A program made the translations under genes and the position numbers. The notes beneath the pieces are model-generated. The model was given only the letters and a program-made list of their open reading frames with translations. It was not told where the DNA came from and did not search any database. This document shows positions 16,913 to 28,592 of a stretch of DNA of 64,000 bases, one piece after another. The stretch's first letter is position 1; every line of letters begins with the position of its first letter. Origin of the DNA: Escherichia phage ECML-359; the sequence record OL631482.1. The stretch is one strand, 5' to 3'.

Positions 16913-19900
16913 ATGATGAGTGTTAAAGCCCCTTATGTAACCAGCTTACGGATTGATAAACTATCTGCTAACCAGGTTAGCATAAAATGGGATAATGTTG
17001 GCGCCAACTTTTATTATTTTGTTGAGATTGCTACGACAAAAGAAAATGGTGTTGCTATTCCAGAAGAAAATCTGTTATGGAGGAATTTAGGTTATACTCC
17101 AGACAATGAATGGTTCGAACAAGATTTTATTCGTCCAGTATCATTTTACAAAATGCGTGTTGCTGTTGCAGCAATGGGTTTTGAACAATCTGATTGGGTT
17201 TATACCGAAGAATTTGAAACCTTTGCAACTAACGCATACACATTTGAGCACATGCGTGAATTTACATTAACAAATAAATTCATCGAAGAAAAATTTACAA
17301 ACAATAACCAAGCTTATATCAACTTTAATAATGATGCAATTATGGCATCGCTGATGTCTGAAGATTTTAGCTTTACTCCTGCGTATTCTCATTTGTCTTC
17401 AATTTCAAACTATGTATTAAAAGAAGACCAATACCACGAAATCCAGGGTAGCATTCAGCCGGTATGTAACGATGTTAATCGTACGATGATTGCTGAACTC
17501 GGTGGCGTACTGTATTTGTTTGAACGATTCCAGACAACTGTCAAAGTCTCCAATGATAAAGGGCAGAACTGGTATTATGTAAAATTGTTTAATGACCGTA
17601 TCGGTAACCCAGTATCGCGCACAATTTATTATCAATCAGATACAACAACTTATGTACTCGGGTATGACCGAATTTTTTACGGTCGCAAATCAAGTGACAT
17701 AAGATGGTCTGCTGATGATGTTCGATTCAGTTCTCAGGACATAACATTTGCAAAAATTGGTTCGGATATCAATCTTGGATTTGATATTGAAATATTTGGC
17801 ACATACGCAAGACTTCCTGCTTATATCTCGACAATTGCCGAAGCAATCACTACGACCGATTCCATGATTTACGTTGCTGGGCGCGACCGCGTGTACAAAG
17901 CTAAATCTTCTGATGCTCCAATTGATAACGACCCCAACTCCCCAACATTCGGTGAAAAATTATTTGAAGCTGGATATAGCACAATAAGTGGTAACCCAAA
18001 AGCTGTTTGTTATAAGATGGATGCAATTGATGGTGAAGTATTTGCATTAATCACGGGGGAAGTAAAAGAAGAGCGACAAGACCCGACTAAACCTGAAAAC
18101 GTTGTCGATTCGTTATCTAAGGGCGTTTATAAATTAAATGCTGACACCGATACATGGACACGAGTTTTTGGTAACACAGAGGATGAACGTCGACGTATTG
18201 AACATGGTTACACAAGCATGTCAACCGACGGAATTGAACTTTTTATCAGTTCAAGTAATTTCCGTTATTCCGTTGAACCAGATACCGAACTCCCTGCTAA
18301 GTATCCTGAAGAAGTTAACGAAGCAGTCAAATATGTGTATGATGAACAATGGATACACGACAAGCATTATTTGATGATGAGTTTTAGGTCGAATAAAGAT
18401 TCAGGTTGGGAAGAGTTTAAACCTGGTCGTATGTCATATTACGCTGAACCGTTCTTTAACTGGTCTCGTCGTGATGATACTCGTTGTTGGATTACCACAT
18501 CAGACAGAGCTCTGGTTGTATATAATGACATGCTATATCAAAAGATTATCGATACCTTTGGTGGTTCATCGCCTGAACGTATTGTACACGAATACTGGAA
18601 TAAAGGCCAAGTAAAAGTTACTTCTCCTAACATCGAATTCAATGGCTTTAAAAAATACGCCTCGGGTATTATGTTACACAAAAATACTGGAGAGCTTATT
18701 GGCTATTTTGAATTTGACTATCGTAGACGTGATGAAGTTAGATTAATCTGGAAACCGAAAGAAGTTATGTTCACTGCAGAATTACAGAACCAGGAACATG
18801 ATATTCCATGGACACCAGATAATGACGAACAAGAGAAAGACCCAGACTTGCGTCCTCTTTTAACAAAGATGGTTCCAGATAGTTATTTGCTCCAGGATAG
18901 CAACTTTGAAAAATTCTGTGAATATTATTTGCAGTTTATCAGTGATGGCTCTGGTACATATTATAACAACCTTTTGAACTTAATTCGCAACCAGTACCCG
19001 CGCGAGGAAGATGCATGGGAATACCTTTGGAGCGAAATGTACAAAAGAAATATATATTTGTCAAAGACCAAGCGTGACGAAGTAGTTCGTTTCTTTGAAG
19101 CAAGACAGTCTGATTTTTGGGCAACTAAGGGGACTGAAGCATCCTATAAATTTTTGTTCAAATTGTTATATAATGAAGACGTTGAAATTGATATTGAATC
19201 CAAGAACGGAACCGAGTATGACATAATCATCGAATCTGATAACATCAGCGAAGATATTGTTGGACAAACAATTTACACACCAACTGGTCGCAGTAACGTT
19301 ACTTATATGGAACGTGACTACAAACAGGGTAAATTGAGATGGCGTATCACGATTCATAACTTACTTGGTCGCTTTATTGTTGGGCAAGAAATTAAATCCG
19401 AAAGGACTTCCTTTGAAGGTATGATTGTTCAGGGTGTTCGTGGGAAAGAATTACTTAGCAACAACATCGATTATATCAACCGAAATCGTTCTTACTATGT
19501 AATGACCATTAAATCAAGTCTCCCAACATCTCGTTATCGTAATGACGTATTGCGATTTGTTCATCCGGTTGGATTTGGATTCGTTGGAATTACATTATTG
19601 ACAATGTTTGTTAATGCTGGTCTGTCATTAAAACATACAGAAACTATTATCAATAAACTGAACAACTATCGTTGGTCGTCTGGTATTCCGTCAGAATGGT
19701 GCGACCGTATCGCAGTTATTGGGGCCGATGGAAACATTGAGCATAGTCCTGTTACAGGTGAAGCAGTATATAATATTGCTCCTAATGCAGGTTTACCATT
19801 CCCATTACCAGCAGATTATGATGCCGAAAACGATTTTTCGGATTTTCATGGAACTCTCCCGTCTGAACGTCGTAAAAAATACAGTCCATTGTTTGACCAG

Positions 19901-20011
19901 TCTGCCGTGACTTTTGCTAACTGGCGCAATTTGGTTAATCAACGTCTTAAGGATGATATTGGTAATCCACGCGACCCGAAAGAACCCACACAGGTAAAGG
20001 TAAATGAATAA
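16913..20011 (+). CDS. 7: baseplate wedge protein gp7
   Basis: ORF track 16820..20011 trimmed to ATG (MMSVKAPY...) giving about 1032 aa. Confidence 0.9.
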   Translation: MMSVKAPYVTSLRIDKLSANQVSIKWDNVGANFYYFVEIATTKENGVAIPEENLLWRNLGYTPDNEWFEQDFIRPVSFYKMRVAVAAMGFEQSDWVYTEEFETFATNAYTFEHMREFTLTNKFIEEKFTNNNQAYINFNNDAIMASLMSEDFSFTPAYSHLSSISNYVLKEDQYHEIQGSIQPVCNDVNRTMIAELGGVLYLFERFQTTVKVSNDKGQNWYYVKLFNDRIGNPVSRTIYYQSDTTTYVLGYDRIFYGRKSSDIRWSADDVRFSSQDITFAKIGSDINLGFDIEIFGTYARLPAYISTIAEAITTTDSMIYVAGRDRVYKAKSSDAPIDNDPNSPTFGEKLFEAGYSTISGNPKAVCYKMDAIDGEVFALITGEVKEERQDPTKPENVVDSLSKGVYKLNADTDTWTRVFGNTEDERRRIEHGYTSMSTDGIELFISSSNFRYSVEPDTELPAKYPEEVNEAVKYVYDEQWIHDKHYLMMSFRSNKDSGWEEFKPGRMSYYAEPFFNWSRRDDTRCWITTSDRALVVYNDMLYQKIIDTFGGSSPERIVHEYWNKGQVKVTSPNIEFNGFKKYASGIMLHKNTGELIGYFEFDYRRRDEVRLIWKPKEVMFTAELQNQEHDIPWTPDNDEQEKDPDLRPLLTKMVPDSYLLQDSNFEKFCEYYLQFISDGSGTYYNNLLNLIRNQYPREEDAWEYLWSEMYKRNIYLSKTKRDEVVRFFEARQSDFWATKGTEASYKFLFKLLYNEDVEIDIESKNGTEYDIIIESDNISEDIVGQTIYTPTGRSNVTYMERDYKQGKLRWRITIHNLLGRFIVGQEIKSERTSFEGMIVQGVRGKELLSNNIDYINRNRSYYVMTIKSSLPTSRYRNDVLRFVHPVGFGFVGITLLTMFVNAGLSLKHTETIINKLNNYRWSSGIPSEWCDRIAVIGADGNIEHSPVTGEAVYNIAPNAGLPFPLPADYDAENDFSDFHGTLPSERRKKYSPLFDQSAVTFANWRNLVNQRLKDDIGNPRDPKEPTQVKVNE

Positions 20012-21008
20012 TTCATCTGTAGTTTATCGTTCGATAATTACCTCGAAATTTCGAACTGAAAAAATGTATAACTTTTATAAAATGATTGGTAACGAGCCCG
20101 ACCAGAATACGATGTATGTAACATTCGGTCGTGCTGAACCCTGGGCTTCGAATGAGAATGACCCGGGGTTCGCCCCTCCTTATCCGGTTGATACAGCACA
20201 AGGTGTTGAAGATACTTGGACCAATATGATGGGGGCAGTCAAAGTTTATAAATCAATGCTTGATTGTGTTGTCCCACGTAAAGACTGGGGCGATATCAGA
20301 TATCCTAATCCGCTTAACTTCCAGGTAGGGGAAATTGTTGTAGCTAACAGTGCTCCATATAACCGAACTGATGTTGGTAAAGGTTGGATGGTTTATCGTT
20401 GTGTAGATGTTCCTGATGTTGGGACTTGCTCCATTTATTCCATTATCAATAAAGAAGAGTGCTTAAAACTCGGTGGTAAATGGACGGCGGAATATAACTC
20501 GACGAGAGCTCCAGCAGGGACTGGCGACACTGAAGGACGAGTTGATATGGGCGATGGTTATCTCTGGGAATATTTGTATGAGATTCCGCCTGATGTATCC
20601 ATCAACCGTTGTACTAACGAATATATTGTTGTTCCATGGCCTGAAGAAATCGAAGAAGACCCGTCACGCTGGGGTTACAAAGACAATATCAGCTGGCAAC
20701 AAGATGATTTTGGTTTAATATATAGAATCAAAGGATATACAATAAGATTTAAAGCATTTATGGATTCCATTTACTTCCCAGAATTCAGTCTCCCGGGAAA
20801 CAAAGGCTTCCGACAGCTGTCAATTATATCCAACCCGCTTGAAGTTAAAGTACATCCTAATGACCCAAATATCAAAGCAATCAAAGAATACTATGATGCA
20901 ATTGATTTGGACCGTCATTCTGGGGAAATGATTTATATGGAAAACCGCCCGCCAATTATTCGTGCAATGGACCAGACAGAAGAAGTTAACATTATTTTTG
21001 AATTCTAA
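20004..21008 (+). CDS. 8: baseplate wedge protein gp8
   Basis: 334 aa; synteny. Confidence 0.9.
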   Translation: MNNSSVVYRSIITSKFRTEKMYNFYKMIGNEPDQNTMYVTFGRAEPWASNENDPGFAPPYPVDTAQGVEDTWTNMMGAVKVYKSMLDCVVPRKDWGDIRYPNPLNFQVGEIVVANSAPYNRTDVGKGWMVYRCVDVPDVGTCSIYSIINKEECLKLGGKWTAEYNSTRAPAGTGDTEGRVDMGDGYLWEYLYEIPPDVSINRCTNEYIVVPWPEEIEEDPSRWGYKDNISWQQDDFGLIYRIKGYTIRFKAFMDSIYFPEFSLPGNKGFRQLSIISNPLEVKVHPNDPNIKAIKEYYDAIDLDRHSGEMIYMENRPPIIRAMDQTEEVNIIFEF

Positions 21009-21010
21009 CT

Positions 21011-21036
21011 AGGGGCCTTCGGGTCCCTTTTTTATT
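21011..21036 (+). terminator. hairpin plus T-run after gene 8
   Basis: aggggccttcgggtccc followed by tttttt. Confidence 0.5.
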
Positions 21037-21037
21037 C

Positions 21038-21045
21038 TATAAATA
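21038..21045 (+). promoter_or_regulatory. late promoter TATAAATA (gene 9)
   Basis: exact TATAAATA about 30 nt upstream of ATG. Confidence 0.6.
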
Positions 21046-21072
21046 TAGCTATATCAATAACGAGGCTTACCT

Positions 21073-21942
21073 ATGATTAATCAAACCCCAAAATTATTAG
21101 TAGACATCGGCGAGATTGGTAACGCCAGCACCGGTGATATTCTATATGAAGGCGGTCGTAAACTGAACGTAGATTTAGACAGTTTGTATAATACATTTGG
21201 CGACCAGCGTCTATACTCCGTGAACAATGGAGAAAACACCCAGGTTCTTCACGCGACTGGGTACTATCAAAAAGCTACAAATATCATCGAATGGAACTCA
21301 ACTGTTGCTCTCGGTTCTATGCGTGATGTCAATACTGCCGAAGGTGTTATCACTGCAAGAATTGCAAAAGGTAAAGCAGGCGAAGGTGTTATCTTTATTA
21401 ACTCCAATGGTTCATTATCCACCTCGATGCCTCTGGAAGTTGAACTACAAGGCACGGATTCATTCCTGACCGCTGCAACGAACAAAATGAAATTTACTCA
21501 GCCTTATACAAAAATTACATTGTGGTGTATTGACGATGCTAACGGCGTAGGGACCTGGGACTACAAAATTGAAAGTATGTTTGGTAACCAATCTGTATTG
21601 CTCGACAAAACATACAATATGAGCTCGGTTGTTCGTGATATTCCAATCGCTTACCGCGCAGATTATAAAACTATCAAATTGATGCTTACGGCTATTTCAA
21701 CAGACGAAACTAAATACAAAGCATCAGAAATGTTACTTTACATCGACCTTAAGGACCGCAAGGTATATAGCACAGAATACGCTGTAATCAGACGTGGACA
21801 AGCTAACGACGATGATGAGATATATGCTATCGATTTTAGAATTGATAACCAGGACATCATACAGGCGGCTATAAGCTCACCCACTGCCATGAAGCTCGCT
21901 ATTAAAGTAATTTCCGCCCAAACAATCGGAGTACCGGTATAA
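21073..21942 (+). CDS. 9: baseplate wedge / long tail fibre socket protein gp9
   Basis: 289 aa; synteny. Confidence 0.9.
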   Translation: MINQTPKLLVDIGEIGNASTGDILYEGGRKLNVDLDSLYNTFGDQRLYSVNNGENTQVLHATGYYQKATNIIEWNSTVALGSMRDVNTAEGVITARIAKGKAGEGVIFINSNGSLSTSMPLEVELQGTDSFLTAATNKMKFTQPYTKITLWCIDDANGVGTWDYKIESMFGNQSVLLDKTYNMSSVVRDIPIAYRADYKTIKLMLTAISTDETKYKASEMLLYIDLKDRKVYSTEYAVIRRGQANDDDEIYAIDFRIDNQDIIQAAISSPTAMKLAIKVISAQTIGVPV

Positions 21943-23753
21943 TGAAACAGAATTTAAAAATTGGCAATATGGTTGATGATGGTACTGGTGATTACCTTCG
22001 TCTCGGCGGTCAAAAAATAAATAATAACTTTGATGACCTTTATTATCAGCTAGGGGACGGTGAAAATCCCCATGCAGCTGGTGCATGGAAAACTTGGACT
22101 ACGCAAGAAGGCACCGAGTTGTCCGCTGTTATGGGTCGAAGCTATACCATCGATACATCAGCCGGTGCAGTTCGAGTTATCCTTCCAAAAGGAACAACTC
22201 AAGAATACAATTATGTAATTCGCTTGCGTGATGTGTTTGCTACCTGGCAAATCAACCCGGTGACAATTGTTCCTGCAGTTGGGGATACGATTAAAGGCTC
22301 ACCGAATCCAGTAGAAATTAAACGCAACTTAGCTGACCTTGAACTTGTATATTGTTCACCAGGTCGTTGGGAATATATCGATAATAAACAAGTCGATAAA
22401 ATTTCAAATAACGACGTTGCTACAGTTGCATCCCAACAGTTTATTGCCACCGAAGGACAAACTGACTTTATCAATGTGTTTGGTGCTATTCCATATAGCA
22501 TATCGAACTTAGAAGTCAAACATCGTGGTAACGACCTGTTTTATGGTAAAGATGATATTTTCGACCCGGTGAATGCTGAATTTGGTTCCCCTGGTGCAAA
22601 CCCTGGTGAAATCGTTGCGCTTGATGGTAAAAGCATCCGTCTGAAAATGCCATGTGCTGAAGGTGATACTGTTATCATCCGAACATTTAATGATGGTATT
22701 GCTCAATGGCGTAGTTCGTATAATCGTCGTGATATACTTGTTCGTAGTCAAGACAGGACCAAAGAAACAACAATTAATGGTTCTTTGATTGTTACAGATT
22801 TGACAACCAAACACACCTTTACAATTGAAGAACTTGGTATTTCTCCGGGTAGCCCAATTAACCCAAACGCATGTCAGGTATTCATTAACAGTATTTTGCA
22901 ACATCAAGCTGGTACTGCGGGAACTCCAGTATTTTATTGTGAAGGTGCACAAGGTTCTACTGCTGCAGAATGTAGTGCAAATGGTGGTAGCTGGTCTGAA
23001 TCAAACCAGGATTATTTGCTGCAATTTGATGATGATAACCGTATCGAAGGCATTAGCATTTACCGTGAATTTGAAGACGGTGATATTCTGTCGGTCATTT
23101 GGTACAATAACGATATCGGCACAACTATGACCATGGATGAAATCCGTGATGAGACTGATACTCTTTATGTTTCTCAGGGAAATACGTTGAGCCTAACCGG
23201 TCGTGTGCGTATTACAGATTTTGATAATCCGTTTGCACCAAACGTTGAACCAGTCGGTCTTCAGGAAGTTGTTCCATCTTCTGTTGGCGCTATCTTTGAA
23301 TTATTCTATCCGGTCGGTACAATTTACGAAAATACGGTTAACCCAAATAACCCGGTTACTTATATGGGATTTGGTTCATGGAAACGTTTGAAAGAACGTG
23401 TAATTGTTGCCTGGTCAGACGACCCTGCCTCAAACTTCCATACAAACAATAATGACCTGGATTCTGGTGGTAACCCACAAGCGACAGCAGGTGGTACAGG
23501 TGGTAGCGTTGAAGTTCATATTAAAGATATAAACGTACCTAAACTTGAAACTGATGAGAAGGTTTTAGTTGTTGATGATAATGGCCCGATTGTTGTCGGT
23601 GGTTGTCAGGTAGACCCGGATGCACAAGGTCCAGCCTATACCAAATACAGAGAAGACAAAGCCACCATTAACCAGGCGCAAGACCCTCAAGCTCAACCGG
23701 TTTATACAATGCCTCCATATTTGATTGCTCATCGCTGGGTAAGGATTGCTTAA
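21942..23753 (+). CDS. 10: baseplate wedge and tail pin protein gp10
   Basis: 603 aa; ATGA overlap with gene 9. Confidence 0.9.
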   Translation: MKQNLKIGNMVDDGTGDYLRLGGQKINNNFDDLYYQLGDGENPHAAGAWKTWTTQEGTELSAVMGRSYTIDTSAGAVRVILPKGTTQEYNYVIRLRDVFATWQINPVTIVPAVGDTIKGSPNPVEIKRNLADLELVYCSPGRWEYIDNKQVDKISNNDVATVASQQFIATEGQTDFINVFGAIPYSISNLEVKHRGNDLFYGKDDIFDPVNAEFGSPGANPGEIVALDGKSIRLKMPCAEGDTVIIRTFNDGIAQWRSSYNRRDILVRSQDRTKETTINGSLIVTDLTTKHTFTIEELGISPGSPINPNACQVFINSILQHQAGTAGTPVFYCEGAQGSTAAECSANGGSWSESNQDYLLQFDDDNRIEGISIYREFEDGDILSVIWYNNDIGTTMTMDEIRDETDTLYVSQGNTLSLTGRVRITDFDNPFAPNVEPVGLQEVVPSSVGAIFELFYPVGTIYENTVNPNNPVTYMGFGSWKRLKERVIVAWSDDPASNFHTNNNDLDSGGNPQATAGGTGGSVEVHIKDINVPKLETDEKVLVVDDNGPIVVGGCQVDPDAQGPAYTKYREDKATINQAQDPQAQPVYTMPPYLIAHRWVRIA

Positions 23754-24418
23754 TGAAAACATTAACGAATAAAAAGGCTGGAGTAATTTCCCGCCTTGCT
23801 AGTTGCTTAGAATTTCAAAATACATCAAAAAATATTACGGCTGTCATGGGTCAACGAGCAATCGGCGGCCCATCTGCAACACAAACAACCGAGGGTATTT
23901 TTTATCCAACAGTTCAGAGCGCAATAGATGATATTGCGTTTCGATATGAGCTTCCGGTTGGCAGTGTAATTACTAATACGAATAACCTTTCTCCTGCGGC
24001 AATCAGTCAGTCGGATAAAATTAAATTTACCGGGTCTATTTCTGGTGCTGGAGTTGGTGATACTGTTTTATTTTTCATTTTTGGTATTCCAGTTGAGGTT
24101 ATTGTCGGGGATTCGGCTGTATTAGTTGCTTCCAAGGTTAACGATGCTTTGTTAGCGGCTGTTGCTGATAGTTTAATTGTGTCAAGCTCTGCAATTGATA
24201 GTGTAGACCAGTCTATATTAAATATTACATATAACGATTATCAAAACCATAATTTTGCACCTTTTGCTCAATATGGTTGTACGCTTAGCCAGACTATTAT
24301 ACAACAACCGCGCGGTGGTTATGGTTCCTGGGAATATCTTGGAACTTCAACCCAGACATTATCAGGTGGCACAGCAGATGGCGCAATTTCACTTTACCAT
24401 TATAAGCGAGTATCGTAA
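23753..24418 (+). CDS. 11: baseplate wedge and tail pin protein gp11
   Basis: 221 aa; synteny. Confidence 0.9.
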   Translation: MKTLTNKKAGVISRLASCLEFQNTSKNITAVMGQRAIGGPSATQTTEGIFYPTVQSAIDDIAFRYELPVGSVITNTNNLSPAAISQSDKIKFTGSISGAGVGDTVLFFIFGIPVEVIVGDSAVLVASKVNDALLAAVADSLIVSSSAIDSVDQSILNITYNDYQNHNFAPFAQYGCTLSQTIIQQPRGGYGSWEYLGTSTQTLSGGTADGAISLYHYKRVS

Positions 24419-25968
24419 TGACAACGACTAACACGCTAAAACACATTAGCGATAAATCCGAATATAAAACATTCGACCCGACGGGAACAGCTTTCCCGTC
24501 GACTGTTACCAACGTGCAAGAGGCTTTAGGGTCTCTTAATAAAATTGCGTTAGATGGATATATCCCAGCCTCATCCGAAACGACCGCAGGACTCATCAGG
24601 CTAGCCACCACACAAGAAGTTATTGATGGTATTAGTCCAGACTCTGCTGTCACCCCAGCGACCTTAAAAGCTCGTTTAGACATTCCTACGCAAGCTACAG
24701 AAACTTATGTAGGTATTACCCGTTATGCAACCAATGCCGAAGCAATTGCCGGGACAGTAACCGATGCAGCTATTGTTCCATCTTCATTAAAAGCAACAAT
24801 TGATAATGTTTTTACTGTTCGTGTTGGTACTGAAAATAACCTGGGTGTTCTTCGTATTAGTACCGAGGATGCAGCTTTAGCTGGCACAGATGACACAACC
24901 GCTATGTCTCCGTTGAAAGTTGCTCTGGCAATTGGCAAAGCAACAGCGGCGCTTCCAACTTATTCAACTGCCACACAAACTGTTTCTGGTTTAGTACGAA
25001 TTGCTACAAATGCTGAAGTGCAAGCAGGAACCCTGGGTGACGGTGTAGCAATTTCTCCAGCAGGTTTAAATGCTCGTACAGCAACACAAGACCGCGCTGG
25101 GATTATTCGTCTTGGTAATCAGTCAGAGATTAATAACAGTGCTGATGGTGTTGCGGTAACTGGCGCAACTCTTAATGGTCGTGGAGCCACAACCGATAAT
25201 CGCGGCGTCGTTAGATTAACTACTCAGGCTGGGGTTGCTCCTGGTGGTGATGGTGCCGGTGCACTGGCTTGGAATGCTGATGTAATCAACACTCGCGGTG
25301 GTCAACGAATTAATGGAAGTCTTTCTTTAGATTATATTTCCACCGGCAATTTTGATTCCAATACAGCTCATATGGGCGGTCAATTACTTTCTACACAGCG
25401 TTATGCTTCTGAACGGGTTCCAGTTGGAACGGTGATGATGTTCGCAGGTGATAGTGCTCCTCCTGGCTGGATTATGTGTCACGGCGGCACCGTTAATGGT
25501 GACCAATTCCCTGACTATCGAAATACTGTTGGAACTCGTTTCGGTGGCGATTGGACCAACGTCGGTATTCCTGATATGCGTGGTTTGTTTGTTCGTGGTG
25601 CTGGTACCGGTGGACATATTCTGAATAACCGCGGTCAAGATGGTTATGGCAAAGACCGTTTGGGTGTTGGTTGTGATGGTTCATGGGTCGGTGGTGTACA
25701 AGCTCAGCAAATGTCATATCATAAACACGCGGGTGGTTGGGGTGAATACCAACGTAACGAAGCTCCATTTGGTGCATCAGTTTATCAAGGTTATCTGGGT
25801 ACAAGAAAATATGCAGACTGGGATAACGCTTCATATTTTACTAACGATGGATTTGAACTCGGTGGCGGCAGAGATGCTTTAGGTACGTTAAACCGTGAAG
25901 GTCTTATTGGTTATGAAACTCGCCCATGGAATATGTCTTTAAACTATATTATCAAAATTCATTACTAA
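24418..25968 (+). CDS. 12: short tail fibre protein gp12
   Basis: 516 aa; repetitive A/T/G-rich shaft; C-terminal globular region. Confidence 0.9.
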   Translation: MTTTNTLKHISDKSEYKTFDPTGTAFPSTVTNVQEALGSLNKIALDGYIPASSETTAGLIRLATTQEVIDGISPDSAVTPATLKARLDIPTQATETYVGITRYATNAEAIAGTVTDAAIVPSSLKATIDNVFTVRVGTENNLGVLRISTEDAALAGTDDTTAMSPLKVALAIGKATAALPTYSTATQTVSGLVRIATNAEVQAGTLGDGVAISPAGLNARTATQDRAGIIRLGNQSEINNSADGVAVTGATLNGRGATTDNRGVVRLTTQAGVAPGGDGAGALAWNADVINTRGGQRINGSLSLDYISTGNFDSNTAHMGGQLLSTQRYASERVPVGTVMMFAGDSAPPGWIMCHGGTVNGDQFPDYRNTVGTRFGGDWTNVGIPDMRGLFVRGAGTGGHILNNRGQDGYGKDRLGVGCDGSWVGGVQAQQMSYHKHAGGWGEYQRNEAPFGASVYQGYLGTRKYADWDNASYFTNDGFELGGGRDALGTLNREGLIGYETRPWNMSLNYIIKIHY

Positions 25969-25976
25969 GGACCAAA

Positions 25977-27602
25977 ATGATTAATAAACTCAGTCTCAAA
26001 GAACTGCCGTATAGCATCGGTATTCCAGACGAAGGTCAACAGAGAATTCGTTGGATACAAAACGGCGATTGTATGACTGCGGCCAGTACCAAATATGGTC
26101 ATGATGGTAATTTGAACGCCGCTGCAGTTGGCGTTCAAACAAACGTAGATACACTCGACGACAACTCAAATGCATCTAAAGAAAAAATAAACGAAATTAT
26201 TGATAACGTCAATAATATTCAGGAAGCTTTGAATATAACAACTAACACGGAAGTTGTTAAACAAATTGAAAAAAACCGTACAGATATTCTTGACCTTGAT
26301 GAACGTCAATTTAATACCGAATTGTTATCAAGCGAAACATCTGAAGACCTTAAAAAGTTAAAAGAAGATGTTGGTGTTTATGACCCGTTAACCGATTCAT
26401 ATTATCGCACAGTTCGTAATGACCTCGTATGGATTAAAAATGAATTAGGCCAGTATGTTGACCAAGATATAAATGGTCTCCAGGTTATCGGCAATCCGTC
26501 AAAAGGCATGAAACGCCGCATCATCGATAACAGTTCGGCTATTGTTGCTCATGGAGTTCGTATTAAGACTCTTGAAGATAACTATCATGATTCTGATGTT
26601 GGTTCTCTTAACGTAAAAGTAATTAAAATTCGTGAAGAATTAGGTGAGTCTACTTTAGCAACAGGTAAACCGGCTGTATTTGTTCGACTGAATATTCTTG
26701 ACGACAAAGTAGTCGAAATTGACGAAGATATTGTCAACATTCAAGAAGCTATTGGTTTTGGTAACGGACTTGCAATTACAACTCGCGTTGAAAATCTTGG
26801 TGGACGTGTTTCGGTCAATGAAACAGATATTGCGGATATCAAACCAAGACTTGTTAAGGTTGAAGCTGATATCGGCACCGCTCTGGAACCATTAACAATT
26901 AATGGTCGAATCAGTGCTTTGCGCTCGGATGTTAATGGCTTACAGGTTGTTGTTGGCCAGGATTCAAGCTCTGGTTTACGTGGTACCACTGCATGGCTTT
27001 CTCAGAGAATCGGTACAGAGCAATCTCCGGAGCCAAACACTATCACGTATAAGTTGAATGCGACCACTACACTGGCTAACGAAACTGCATCAGGCCTTCA
27101 GGATGTACAGGCCGAAATCGGTACAAATAGCACTGGTATGAAAGGCTCTATTTTGACTTTAACTAGCCAGATGAATGGTACAAACCCTAACGGTGCTACC
27201 GTGGCTGAACGTGGTGTTCTTCCGGTTGTAATTAACTTGGATATGCTGATGGCGTCCAAGCTGAACGACGCACCATTGGACAATAAGTTATATGGTCGCA
27301 AGCAAGGAAACTGGACTGAAATTATCGATACCAGAACCGAGATTGATGCAATTAAACTCGATACTGCAAAAATTGCACCATTAACCACTCGCGTGACAAC
27401 CCTTGAAGGTACAGTAACTCCGCTCCCTGGTCGCCTGGATGCGGCCGAGGCGAAGATAACTACTTTAGAAGGTAAAGTATCAGCCTTAGAAACAGAGCTC
27501 GCCAAAAGGCCTCCTGTCGCTCCTGCAGCTGATGGTCTCCCTTATGTGCTCGTTGATAATGCATGGGTTCTTTTGTCTACATTCGTGACTGTTGGACCAT
27601 AA
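25977..27602 (+). CDS. wac: fibritin (neck whiskers)
   Basis: ORF track 25926..27602 trimmed to ATG; long coiled coil; C-terminal ...DGLPYVLVDNAWVLLSTFV foldon-like tail. Confidence 0.9.
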   Translation: MINKLSLKELPYSIGIPDEGQQRIRWIQNGDCMTAASTKYGHDGNLNAAAVGVQTNVDTLDDNSNASKEKINEIIDNVNNIQEALNITTNTEVVKQIEKNRTDILDLDERQFNTELLSSETSEDLKKLKEDVGVYDPLTDSYYRTVRNDLVWIKNELGQYVDQDINGLQVIGNPSKGMKRRIIDNSSAIVAHGVRIKTLEDNYHDSDVGSLNVKVIKIREELGESTLATGKPAVFVRLNILDDKVVEIDEDIVNIQEAIGFGNGLAITTRVENLGGRVSVNETDIADIKPRLVKVEADIGTALEPLTINGRISALRSDVNGLQVVVGQDSSSGLRGTTAWLSQRIGTEQSPEPNTITYKLNATTTLANETASGLQDVQAEIGTNSTGMKGSILTLTSQMNGTNPNGATVAERGVLPVVINLDMLMASKLNDAPLDNKLYGRKQGNWTEIIDTRTEIDAIKLDTAKIAPLTTRVTTLEGTVTPLPGRLDAAEAKITTLEGKVSALETELAKRPPVAPAADGLPYVLVDNAWVLLSTFVTVGP

Positions 27603-27603
27603 C

Positions 27604-27626
27604 AAAAGGGCTTCGGCCCTTTTTTC
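27604..27626 (+). terminator. hairpin plus T-run after wac
   Basis: aagggcttcggccc followed by tttttt. Confidence 0.55.
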
Positions 27627-27627
27627 G

Positions 27628-27635
27628 TATAAATA
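27628..27635 (+). promoter_or_regulatory. late promoter TATAAATA (gene 13)
   Basis: exact TATAAATA then AAGAGGA RBS. Confidence 0.6.
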
Positions 27636-27653
27636 CAGTAAAGAGGAAAACAT

Positions 27654-28592
27654 ATGGCAACTGAATCATACAACCCGAAACAATTAAAAGATGCAATCCT
27701 TCGACGTCTTGGTGCTCCAATTACGAATATCGAAGTTACGACCGAACAGGTCTATGATTGCATCCAGCGTGCATTAGAATTATATGGCGAATATCATTAT
27801 AATGGTTATAACAAAGGTTATCAGGCTTTTTATATCGGTCATGATGACGTTTCACAACAGAAATTTCGCGATGGTGTTTTCGATTTAAAAGGCCGTAATA
27901 TTTTTGCAGTAACGCAGATTATTCGTACTAACGTCGGTTCATTAACTTCGATGGATGGTCAAGCTACATATCCATGGTTCACAGATTTTGTTCTGGGACT
28001 GGCCGGGATTAACGGTGGAATGGGTAGCTCATGTAACAGCTTTGGTCCAAATGCTTTTGGCGCGGACCTTGGTTATTTTACACAGCTTATGCAATACCGT
28101 TCAATGATGCAAGACCTGATGGTTCCGCTGCCAGATTACTGGTATAATGACGATACCGAACAACTTAAAATTATGGGTAACTTCCGCCAGGGAGATGTGA
28201 TTGTAATTGAAGTTTATACAAAATCGTATAACGGCGTGGATTCAATGGTAGGTAATACAGCTGGATATGGTTTTGCTTCGGCCGATTGTGATAATCCGTG
28301 GAATGCTGGCGCACAGTGGGATAACCCGGCGCGCAGAATAAGCGGCATGAGAGCAGGTGAGGACCTTGGACTTCAAGATGGCGCATACAACAACCGTTGG
28401 GTGAAAGACTATGCCACGGCGCTCGTTAAGGAAGTTAACGGCAACGTATTGGCTAAACACCAGGGGATGATGATGCCAGGTGGTACCACGGTTGATGGTG
28501 TTCGTTTAATTGAAGAAGCTCGTATGGAAAAAGAACGTCTCCGCGAAGAACTTGACCTGCTGGATGCACCGACTCCTATATTGGTGGGCTAA
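27654..28592 (+). CDS. 13: neck protein gp13
   Basis: 312 aa; synteny. Confidence 0.9.
   Translation: MATESYNPKQLKDAILRRLGAPITNIEVTTEQVYDCIQRALELYGEYHYNGYNKGYQAFYIGHDDVSQQKFRDGVFDLKGRNIFAVTQIIRTNVGSLTSMDGQATYPWFTDFVLGLAGINGGMGSSCNSFGPNAFGADLGYFTQLMQYRSMMQDLMVPLPDYWYNDDTEQLKIMGNFRQGDVIVIEVYTKSYNGVDSMVGNTAGYGFASADCDNPWNAGAQWDNPARRISGMRAGEDLGLQDGAYNNRWVKDYATALVKEVNGNVLAKHQGMMMPGGTTVDGVRLIEEARMEKERLREELDLLDAPTPILVG

Noticed and set aside
22509-22952. 147-aa minus-strand ORF inside gene 10
   Set aside because: Antisense shadow ORF without translation signals.
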